Shown here in pieces: positions 1 to 7,587 of a DNA stretch of 64,000 bases (positions are counted from its first letter, which is position 1; each line of letters starts with the position of its first letter). Position numbers and translations under genes: made by a program. The DNA comes from an uncultured bacterium. GTDB lineage: Bacteria; Patescibacteriota; Minisyncoccia; Phycocordibacterales; PALSA-1337. The notes under the pieces were generated by a model. The model was not told where the DNA came from and made no database searches. It saw nothing but the letters and a program-made list of their open reading frames with translations. The DNA lies in contig OY969557.1 of the NCBI GenBank assembly GCA_963701025.1, positions 36,849 through 100,848 on the forward strand, written 5' to 3'.

Positions 1-483
1 CTTCACCGTGATCTTCTCGATGTTAAGCTTTTCCAATTCCTTGTCGAGGTCGAACTGCTCCTCGGTGCCTTCGTCTTCGAAAATCGAATCGAGCTCCTCG
101 GAATCGAAGCCGATCTGCGAGAGCAGCGTTTCGTCAAAGGTGGCGAGGAGTTCCAAGTCCCAATCGCCTTGGTTCTTGTTGAGCCGGATGCAAAGTTCTT
201 TTTCCTGCTCAAGGTCGGGAAGATTGATGAAGACGACAGGCACTTTCTGGAAGCCCATTTCCTTCAAGATTTTTGCTCGGAAGTTCCCTCCGATGATGAT
301 TCCTTTGCGCTCGGGTGCGCAGTTGACGAGAAGCGGGTCGACCACGCCATACCGCTTGACGCTCTCTTTCAGCTGCGCCGTCGCTTCCTCGTCCCAGACG
401 CGGGGATTGTAGTCCGGCGATCTTAATTCTGATATGGGAACGTACTCGATCTTCAAGTTGCGTTCGGTTTTTGTATCTTGCAT
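1..483 (-). CDS. ParB-like nuclease domain protein (ParB/Sulfiredoxin fold), 3'-truncated by window edge; N-terminus reads MQDTKTERNLKIEYVPISELRSPDYNPRVWDEEATAQLKESVKRYGVVDPLLVNCAPERKGIIIGGNFRAKILKEMGF...
   Basis: Translated the minus strand by hand; ATG is the revcomp of 481-483. NPR...DPLLV...IIGGNxR motifs are typical of ParB N-terminal nuclease domains, which are often fused to DNA methyltransferases in phage and mobile elements. Not in the ORF track because it runs off the window. Confidence 0.6.
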   Translation of the reverse strand, partial: MQDTKTERNLKIEYVPISELRSPDYNPRVWDEEATAQLKESVKRYGVVDPLLVNCAPERKGIIIGGNFRAKILKEMGFQKVPVVFINLPDLEQEKELCIRLNKNQGDWDLELLATFDETLLSQIGFDSEELDSIFEDEGTEEQFDLDKELEKLNIEKITVK

Positions 484-1009
484 ATTACTTTTTCTATTAA
501 CTGATAATGGGTGCAGTATGAGCTGCGATACTGAACAAAAAGTGTGCATTACTTTTCGCCCCACCGAATCATGCAGTACATTTGTTGAAAAACAGGGTGT
601 ACTGCTTTTTACGGCCGTATCTCATGCTACTGGGCATAAAATGAAATTTTACGTTCATTACTTTTGCCGTGTCTCAATGGTATGGCTGAAAAAACTACAA
701 TCGGTGGGTATTGAAAAGCGTAGCGGACCAAAGGCGGTCCGTCCGGTGGTACAAGCTGCTAGAGTACGGATATCGAAATTAGTCCAGTGAAATGTTGCAG
801 AGGGCCTTCTCGTGTCACATTTGTAACATTTTCGCCAAACGGCCCTTGTTTTTCCTCAATCCGCAAAAAAGCCGAGACCTATGCTGAGGCCTCGGCAACG
901 AAGTGGAAAATGAGCTAAAATACCCTTGTGGTGTCTGACCTCAAAAGTTTGAAACCCGACTAGCCCGCAACACGAGTTAGTTCGAGTGTCAAGAGGTAGT
1001 CGGTAAATT

Positions 1010-2100
1010 CTAACCTGAAACGCAACACCCCCGTGGTACTGTAGCGGTATACCATTACCAGCTAAATTACACACGAGGATGTCGCACAAACAATTTAACA
1101 GAGATACTAGAGTAGAGCTAGCGATACTTTTAAGTGCAAGAAAGAGCCAGACTGAATGCGCCAGGATACTTGGCATGCAGAGAAGCAATGTCTGTCTTGA
1201 AATCAGTCGAAACAAAGATCCTGATGGTATATATCGAGGTGGTCATGCGCACAAAAGATATCTGGCAAGAAGAAGACGTGTAAAAATACTAGAGAGAAAG
1301 ATCGAAAACGACAGGAAACTACGGCGTCACATCGTCCGCAAATTGAAGCGATTATGGTCACCCGAACAAATTGCAGGAAGACTGAAAATGATGACCGGAA
1401 GAACGATTGTATGTCACGAAACGATCTACACTTTTGTGTACGAGAAAAGACCGGACCTTGTAAAGTATCTGCGGCATCAGAAGTGCAAGTACCGGAAGAA
1501 AAGAGGTTCAAAAGCCCGTATGGAGCTTGCTAGAGCCATGAAAGTGAGAAGGATCGAGGAAAGACCAAAGGAAGTGGACGAACGCTCACGCCTCGGAGAT
1601 TGGGAAGATGATACTGTCATCGGCAAGGAAAGAGTTCAAAGGATCTGGAGCTGTGTTGAAAGAAAGAGCGGATACGCCATGGCCGAGAAACTTGAGGTGG
1701 TGAGCGCAGAGATCATCAACAAAAAAGCAGTGTCTCGATTCGTAGCGTTGCCAAAATATTTACGAAGGACTCTAACCAGAGACAACGGAACTGAGGTCAG
1801 CGGATATGACAGTTTACTTGAAGAGAAAACCGGACTCGATGTATATCATGCGACCGCGTACCATTCGTGGGAGCGAGGGACAAATGAAAACTGGAATGGA
1901 TTGCTCAGGCAATTCTTTCCTAAAGGCACTTACTTTGCTACCATTACCCCATACCAAGTTCAACGTGCAGTACGAATGTTGAATGACCGGCCGAGAAAGC
2001 GGCTGGGCTACAGAACACCAAGGGAGGTATTCAGAGGGTGTATTGATTCAGATTAGAACTTGAGGTCGAGCACGTGAGGTGCGTGAAAATTTTGAGTATT
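1010..2100 (+). mobile_element. IS30-family insertion sequence (approximate boundaries; terminal inverted repeats not confidently resolved)
   Basis: Contains a single IS30-type DDE transposase ORF. Composition is lower in GC than the flanking core genes by eye. There is weak similarity between 1016-1034 (gaaacgcaacacccccgtg) and the reverse complement of 2072-2091. Confidence 0.45.
1079..2056 (+). CDS. IS30 family transposase (DDE)
   Basis: 325 aa. An N-terminal HTH is followed by a DDE catalytic core with GDWEDDTV, TRDNGTE and HSWERGTNEN motifs characteristic of IS30 transposases. Confidence 0.85.
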   Translation: MSHKQFNRDTRVELAILLSARKSQTECARILGMQRSNVCLEISRNKDPDGIYRGGHAHKRYLARRRRVKILERKIENDRKLRRHIVRKLKRLWSPEQIAGRLKMMTGRTIVCHETIYTFVYEKRPDLVKYLRHQKCKYRKKRGSKARMELARAMKVRRIEERPKEVDERSRLGDWEDDTVIGKERVQRIWSCVERKSGYAMAEKLEVVSAEIINKKAVSRFVALPKYLRRTLTRDNGTEVSGYDSLLEEKTGLDVYHATAYHSWERGTNENWNGLLRQFFPKGTYFATITPYQVQRAVRMLNDRPRKRLGYRTPREVFRGCIDSD

Positions 2101-2125
2101 CTAGAGTAGGTTATACTTACATAGT

Positions 2126-2971
2126 ATGCAAATATCAAAAGATTTTGAAAGACTAAGTAAAACTGCAGCCCCAGTTGTTTATGGAAGAACATTTTCGGAC
2201 ATTCCGTATAGCAAAGAATTGGCAGAGATCTGTCGTGTTGACTCACTGATAAGCGATTCGTACCGCAAGACCAATCGCCTGATTGCGCCATACATTGAAG
2301 CTCGTTTCAAAGCACTTTCAAATATACTAAGACAAAGCGGTATAAAAAATATCATTGAAATAGGATCGGGACTTTCTCAAAGAGGCCTCATTATGACTAA
2401 AGATAAAACGATTCATTATGTTGAAACAGATCTTCCGGACATGATACGTTACAAAAGAGAAGTTCTTCAGAAATTACTAGATCAGAAAAATAGACATTTT
2501 CCAGAAAATCTACATTTGTATGAATTGAACGCTTTAGACAAAAAAACTTTTAAGGAAATAGTATCAAAATTGCCTCCAGGTCCAGTGGCTATTGGTTGTG
2601 AAGGTTTCTTGGCACACCTTACACGAGGAGAAAGAGCAAAGTCGGCTAAAATTATTAGAGAGATTTTAGATGAACGAGGTGGGATCTGGGTTACTCCTGA
2701 TGTCTTCACCCGCACACAACTTCAAACTTTACTGAGTGGAAAGTCAGAGCGCGAAGTGACTATTGAGGTGACTAAGAGTACAGGTAGGAACTATAATAGC
2801 AATTCGTTTGAAGACGAAGGCAACGCTAGAAAGTTTTTCAGTGATCTAGGATTTAAATACCAAGTTCAAACATTAGGTCGAACAGCGGGAGAACTCAATT
2901 CAATTAAGATCGGTCTCAATGAAGAAAGTGTCAAGAATCAGCTTGCATTGAATATTTTTACGTTGAAATAA
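2126..2971 (+). CDS. class I SAM-dependent methyltransferase, LCM/TcmP (leucine carboxyl / polyketide O-methyltransferase) family
   Basis: 281 aa. The IIEIGSGLSQRGLIM motif matches the VVSLGAGLDTRAYRL signature of the LCM/TcmP family. AT-rich relative to neighbours and adjacent to the IS30 element, so probably accessory. Confidence 0.55.
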   Translation: MQISKDFERLSKTAAPVVYGRTFSDIPYSKELAEICRVDSLISDSYRKTNRLIAPYIEARFKALSNILRQSGIKNIIEIGSGLSQRGLIMTKDKTIHYVETDLPDMIRYKREVLQKLLDQKNRHFPENLHLYELNALDKKTFKEIVSKLPPGPVAIGCEGFLAHLTRGERAKSAKIIREILDERGGIWVTPDVFTRTQLQTLLSGKSEREVTIEVTKSTGRNYNSNSFEDEGNARKFFSDLGFKYQVQTLGRTAGELNSIKIGLNEESVKNQLALNIFTLK

Positions 2972-2975
2972 GTTT

Positions 2976-3557
2976 TCACTTCGTCGCTCTCGCCGAAGAG
3001 CGGCCTTTTGAATTCGACAACGGAAGCCACATCCCGCATGACTTCGCGTTTTCTTTCATCATCCACTTTATGCCGGGAAAACAGCACAGCCGTCGCTTGC
3101 CGGATGCGAGCATGTCGCATGCTTTCTCGATCCGGCGCGTGCGTGTTTCCGCCTGCTTGGCCGAGCATATCGAGAATATCCAGTCCCGCCGGGCCAATGG
3201 CGTGATATCTGCCCACGAATGTTTCGCCGAGGAGGTTTTCGCAAGGGCTGTGCGCAGATCAGATGGTACTCTGGTCTCCGGTTCGTTTCCCACTCGCGTG
3301 ATCTCCGCTTTTACCGTGTCTCCGGCGTCTATGCCCATAGCTTCACGCATGGCGCCGCTGACTTTGAGCCGATGGCTTCCTGTGCCGCTCCGCTCGAGAG
3401 CGGCTCGAAAAGGGAAGTTATTCAGCATTCCCTCGATCATCACGTCCTTTCCCGGGAGCTTCGCGCTCGCGCTCTTGGGCAAAGTCAGAAAGCGTTGAGA
3501 CAATGCGGCGCTAAAGCGGATCGTCGGTTTGGTTTTGTGCGGCGTAGTAGATTTCAT
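2976..3557 (-). CDS. DUF1905 + YdeI/OmpD-associated (bacteriocin-protection) family protein
   Basis: The N-terminal DUF1905 region (PGKDVMIEGMLNNFPFRAALERSGTGSHRLKVSGAMREAMGI) and C-terminal YdeI-like region match known families. ATG chosen at 3557; the ORF track extends to a TTG at 3575. Confidence 0.6.
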   Translation of the reverse strand: MKSTTPHKTKPTIRFSAALSQRFLTLPKSASAKLPGKDVMIEGMLNNFPFRAALERSGTGSHRLKVSGAMREAMGIDAGDTVKAEITRVGNEPETRVPSDLRTALAKTSSAKHSWADITPLARRDWIFSICSAKQAETRTRRIEKACDMLASGKRRLCCFPGIKWMMKENAKSCGMWLPLSNSKGRSSARATK

Positions 3558-3626
3558 ATATTGGTATACTAGCAAATAAAACGATTTTCCAACATTGTGA
3601 TATCATAAAACCATTCGTTTGTTCCC

Positions 3627-4790
3627 ATGTCCCACCCTATCATCGCCATCAGGAATTCCGTTGTGAGCGGCGTATACCGCGGCGTCTTCAGGCCAATCCT
3701 ATTCAGGTTCGACCCGGAGAATGTCCATGACCGGTTCATCTGGATGGGCGCGGTGCTGGGCGCGACTGCTTTCGGTCGGGCATTCATGCGCGGGCTCTTC
3801 GGCTACAAAGACGCCATGCTCGAACAGGATATCCTCGGCATTCATTTCGATAATCCGATCGGCCTGGCCGCGGGCTTCGACAAGGATGCCGAGCTCACGC
3901 GGACATTGCCGTCGATCGGCTTCGGCTTCATGGAAGTCGGATCGATCACGGGCAAGGCGTGCGCGGGCAATCCGAAGCCGCGTCTCTGGCGCCTGCCACG
4001 GTCGCGCGGACTCGTCGTCCATTACGGTCTGAAGAACCAGGGATGCGAGGCCGTGAGCACGCGACTCGCGAGAGAGCTCGAAGAAAAATCTTTTTCCATC
4101 CCGGTCGGCATATCCGTGGCCATGACCAATTGCGCGGAGAATATGGATATCGACAATGCCATCCGCGACTACGAACATGCCTTTCGTATGATGGAGCCGA
4201 TAGGGGATTACATGACGGTTAACATAAGTTGCCCGAATGCCGTCTCCGGTCAGCCATTCCTTCTTCCAGACAATATCGACCGCCTGTTCCGGACGCTTGA
4301 CGTCATTCCCACGGCCAAGCCAATCTTCGTCAAAATGTCGCCGGATCTCTCTACAAGCGAAACAGACGCCATCCTCGCCGTCTTAGAGAAGCATCGCGTC
4401 CACGGCATCATCACTTCGAACCTGACCAAGAGGCGCGACAATCCGCGTATCATCGATCCCGCTGTGCCGGAGAGGGGCGGCATGAGCGGCAAAGTGGCCG
4501 AGGAATCGTCGGACCGGATGCTCGAGCATATATATAGAAGACAGATGTCCCGGAAGACTGATGGCGCGGTCAACAAGGACTTCATCCTCATCGGTTGCGG
4601 TGGGGTATTCTCGGCCGAAGACGCTTATCGTAAGATCCGCCTTGGCGCCTCGCTAATCCAGATGATAACAGGCATGATATTCGAAGGCCCGCAGGTCATA
4701 AGCGAGATCAATCGCGGCTTAGGCAGGTTGCTCGCCCGCGACGGCTTCACCCATATAAGCCAAGCTATAGGGGCCGATATCCGTTGGTAG
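3627..4790 (+). CDS. pyrD: dihydroorotate dehydrogenase (quinone), class 2
   Basis: 387 aa with an N-terminal membrane-associated extension. Motifs GLAAGFDKDAE, GFGFMEVGSITGKACAGNPKPRLWRL and a GCGGV-type C-terminal FMN-binding region are present. Confidence 0.85.
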   Translation: MSHPIIAIRNSVVSGVYRGVFRPILFRFDPENVHDRFIWMGAVLGATAFGRAFMRGLFGYKDAMLEQDILGIHFDNPIGLAAGFDKDAELTRTLPSIGFGFMEVGSITGKACAGNPKPRLWRLPRSRGLVVHYGLKNQGCEAVSTRLARELEEKSFSIPVGISVAMTNCAENMDIDNAIRDYEHAFRMMEPIGDYMTVNISCPNAVSGQPFLLPDNIDRLFRTLDVIPTAKPIFVKMSPDLSTSETDAILAVLEKHRVHGIITSNLTKRRDNPRIIDPAVPERGGMSGKVAEESSDRMLEHIYRRQMSRKTDGAVNKDFILIGCGGVFSAEDAYRKIRLGASLIQMITGMIFEGPQVISEINRGLGRLLARDGFTHISQAIGADIRW

Positions 4791-4812
4791 GGATATCTGT
4801 TAGAATAAGGAA

Positions 4813-5817
4813 ATGGAAAATAGAACGGCTATTCCGAGCGGCACGCCCAAAAAGGTCTTCATCACCCGACTCATCCCAGAGATAGGATTGAAAATGTTGC
4901 GCGACAAGGGATACGCAGTCGACGTGCGCGCCGAAGATTCCATGCCCACAGCCCGCGAGCTCGTTCGTGCCCTAAAAGCGAAGCCGTACGATGCAGTTGT
5001 CTCGTCATGGCCGGAACCTATCGGCGCCGAGACTTTCGACATGTTCCCGTCGGTCCGGATATTCGCCAACTTCACCATCGGCTATGACAACATCGATATC
5101 GCCGAAGCCAAGAAGCGAGGGATCACGGTGACCAACGCGCCGGCAGTGTCGGCCACCGAAGCAGTCGCCGAGCACGCCATCGCTCTCATGCTGGCTTTGG
5201 CCGCCCGTATCGTCGAAGCCGACGAATTTATCCGTCGTGGAAAATATAAAGGCTGGTCTGCTATGGGTTTCATCGGAACCGATGTCCTCGGCAAGACGCT
5301 CGGTCTCATCGGCGCCGGCAGGATCGGCGAACGAGTGGCGCACTACGCGAGCGGCCTCGGCATGAAAATCATATATACCGATGTCGTCAGGAACGAACGC
5401 ATGGAGAAAGAGTGCGGCGCGATCTATTTCGATACTCCGGAAGAAGTCCTCCGTCAAGCAGATAGCGTCAGCCTTCACGTGCCGCTCCTTGACTCGACTA
5501 GGCATCTTGTCAATGCTGAGCGCCTTCGGCTGATGAAGCCGACGGCATTCCTCGTGAACACTTCTCGCGGTCCGGTCATCGATGAGACAGCCCTCGTGGC
5601 CGCTCTCAAGGAAAGAGTAATCGCCGGCGCGGGCTTAGACGTCTTTGAGTTCGAACCGAAGCTCGCTCCCGGACTGGTCAAATTACAGAACGTCATCCTC
5701 ACCCCTCACATCGCTTCCGCCAGCGACGCCGCCCGGGACGAAATGTCGCGGCTCGTCGCCGATAACATCATCGACTTCTTCGAAGGCCGCATGCCAAAGA
5801 ATGTTGTGAATGGATGA
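4813..5817 (+). CDS. D-isomer-specific 2-hydroxyacid dehydrogenase (glycerate dehydrogenase / hydroxypyruvate reductase-like)
   Basis: NAD-binding GLIGAGRIGERVA motif; catalytic region LVNTSRGPVIDETAL...AGLDVFEFEP...TPHIAS. Confidence 0.8.
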   Translation: MENRTAIPSGTPKKVFITRLIPEIGLKMLRDKGYAVDVRAEDSMPTARELVRALKAKPYDAVVSSWPEPIGAETFDMFPSVRIFANFTIGYDNIDIAEAKKRGITVTNAPAVSATEAVAEHAIALMLALAARIVEADEFIRRGKYKGWSAMGFIGTDVLGKTLGLIGAGRIGERVAHYASGLGMKIIYTDVVRNERMEKECGAIYFDTPEEVLRQADSVSLHVPLLDSTRHLVNAERLRLMKPTAFLVNTSRGPVIDETALVAALKERVIAGAGLDVFEFEPKLAPGLVKLQNVILTPHIASASDAARDEMSRLVADNIIDFFEGRMPKNVVNG

Positions 5818-5880
5818 TTGATCTTCCTCTTCCTCCATTCTTTTATACCTTTATACATTTATACTTTTATACTATATTCC

Positions 5881-6696
5881 ATGTTCCGCTCCCGTGCACA
5901 GATCATCGCCACTCTCGGCCCGTCGTCGAATGACGTGAAGACCATCCTGGCCATGGCCCAGAAGGGCATGGACGTGGCCAGGCTGAATTTCTCGTGGGGC
6001 ACTTTCGCCGAACGCGCTCAACAGATCGCCTGGGTCAGGGAAGCCGAAAAAGCCCTCAATATAAGCCTCTATATCATGGCCGATCTTCCCGGACCTCGTG
6101 TCCAAAATGGCGCGGAACACAGCTATGATCACGCCGAAACATCGTCTCTCACCGCGCATGACAGGGAATGCATAGCTTTTGGCGTTGAAAATGGCGTCGA
6201 TTGCTTCGCCATGTCTTTCGTCGGTTCCGCCGCCGATGTCGAGTCCTGCAGGGCGGCCATCCGCGAGCGTGGCGGCACGCAGGCCGTCGTCGCCAAGATA
6301 GAAAGATCCGCCGCGGTCGAGCACATGAAAGAGATTATCACAGCGGCGGATGCCGTCATGGTCGCCCGCGGAGACCTCGGCCTCGAAGTTCCGGTCGAGC
6401 GCATACCGTTCGTCCAGGCCGATATCATCCGCGCGGCCAACGCTTCCGGCAAACCGGTCATCACCGCGACCGGCATGATGATGTCCATGATCGATTCTCC
6501 GGAGCCGACTCGCGCCGAAGTGTCCGACATCTCCGACGCCATCACCGAAGGTTCCGACGCCGTCATGCTCTCCGACGAAACGGCGAGAGGCAAGTATCCC
6601 GTCGAAGCTGTCGCCATGATGGAGAAGATCGTCTCCGAAGCCGAGAGGCACGCTGACGGCAGTCGAGTCTTCAATCTCCTCGAGAAGCGCCGATGA
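5881..6696 (+). CDS. pyk: pyruvate kinase, minimal form: A (TIM-barrel) domain only, lacking the B (lid) domain and the C-terminal effector domain
   Basis: IIATLGPSS...GMDVARLNFSWG...ADLPGPRV...AMSFV...VVAKIER...MVARGDLGLEVP...MLSDETARGKYP align to canonical PK core motifs. There are only about 20 residues between GPRV and the AMSFV strand where the ~100-aa B domain normally sits. The ORF ends right after the last A-domain helix, and its stop overlaps the next gene start (ATGA). Confidence 0.7.
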   Translation: MFRSRAQIIATLGPSSNDVKTILAMAQKGMDVARLNFSWGTFAERAQQIAWVREAEKALNISLYIMADLPGPRVQNGAEHSYDHAETSSLTAHDRECIAFGVENGVDCFAMSFVGSAADVESCRAAIRERGGTQAVVAKIERSAAVEHMKEIITAADAVMVARGDLGLEVPVERIPFVQADIIRAANASGKPVITATGMMMSMIDSPEPTRAEVSDISDAITEGSDAVMLSDETARGKYPVEAVAMMEKIVSEAERHADGSRVFNLLEKRR

Positions 6697-7286
6697 ATCG
6701 ATTCACTATCCAACTCATCGCCTTCGCCGCCGGTTGCGTCATACTTTTCGTCATTGCAAAAAATCTCATCGCTGATCACCAAGTCCCTTCTCTGTCCGAT
6801 CTCATCGCCAGCTCGACTGCACTCTCGGCAAGTTCGACGGCAAGCCTGATCTCATCTCTAGCGAGCTCGACTGTGCCGACGGCAAGCTCGACCGTGGAGA
6901 TAGCGAACGCGACATCGTCAGCGCTTCTTACTCCTCTCTATGCGCCGCGGGGCACTGTTCACGCCATGATCGCCGACACGGACGCCTCCCGCGAGCAGGG
7001 ATTGAGCGGTCATGCTCCGCTTCCGGCGAATGCCGGCATGCTTTTCGTCTTTGATACGCCCGGTCAATACGGCTTTTGGATGAAGGACATGAATTTTTCT
7101 CTGGATATGGTCTGGATTAACGCTGACAAGACCGTCGCTGGCGTGACCAAGGACCTCTCACCCGACACATACCCGTCTATTTTCATGCCGCCGAACCCGA
7201 TCCAGTACGTCCTGGAGATCGATGCCGGTTCCGCGGACTCTCTCGGCCTCGTTCCTGGAGCATCCGTGCGGTTCAATTTGCCGTAG
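6693..7286 (+). CDS. DUF192 (COG1430) domain protein with N-terminal membrane anchor and Ser/Thr-rich linker
   Basis: MLFVFDTPGQYGFWMKDMNFSLDMVWINADKTVAGV matches the DUF192 core. It is translationally coupled to pyk. Confidence 0.6.
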   Translation: MNRFTIQLIAFAAGCVILFVIAKNLIADHQVPSLSDLIASSTALSASSTASLISSLASSTVPTASSTVEIANATSSALLTPLYAPRGTVHAMIADTDASREQGLSGHAPLPANAGMLFVFDTPGQYGFWMKDMNFSLDMVWINADKTVAGVTKDLSPDTYPSIFMPPNPIQYVLEIDAGSADSLGLVPGASVRFNLP

Positions 7287-7304
7287 AAGATATTTTAAAT
7301 AATT

Positions 7305-7340
7305 TCCCACCGGAAAAACTCCCAGTGGGAGATTTTTATC
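7305..7340 (+). terminator. hairpin followed by a T-run downstream of the DUF192 gene
   Basis: tcccac-N14-gtggga with an inner ctccc/gggag stem, followed by atttttat. Confidence 0.4.
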
Positions 7341-7587
7341 GGAAGGGAAGCGATTCTGTGGATAACTCGGTATCTCTTCCGAAAAAAGTTGCGTAATTTT
7401 GTCCCCGACGCGGAAAATTTTTCGCTGCCGCTGGCTCCAATCCCTTGAAAGCTCCTTTCATTACGCCAACGCCTCTTCACAGGCGATGATTTTGCATTTG
7501 AAATGAGTCTTTTGGCGCGATATGCCGCGCAAGTCCTCCATATCTCTTCCCATGTCGTCGGACCTGCGCTACAATTGAGAGCATATC

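Noticed and set aside
434-790. 118-aa plus-strand ORF in the AT-rich spacer before IS30; 856-1215 minus ORF
   Set aside because: No protein-like features. The region is non-coding spacer or IS-end DNA with hairpins.
2938-3575. Overlapping ORFs 2938-3216 (-), 3008-3205 (+), 3070-3498 (+) and 3219-3572 (+) around the DUF1905/YdeI gene
   Set aside because: Off-frame or antisense translations. Only the 2976-3557 minus frame has recognisable domain content.
5872-6782. Long minus-strand ORFs (259 and 217 aa) and a plus-strand Arg-rich ORF (6201-6656) overlapping pyruvate kinase
   Set aside because: They are low-complexity (Gly/Arg/Asp/His-rich) antisense or off-frame shadows typical of GC-rich coding DNA. 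The sense-frame PK alignment is unambiguous.
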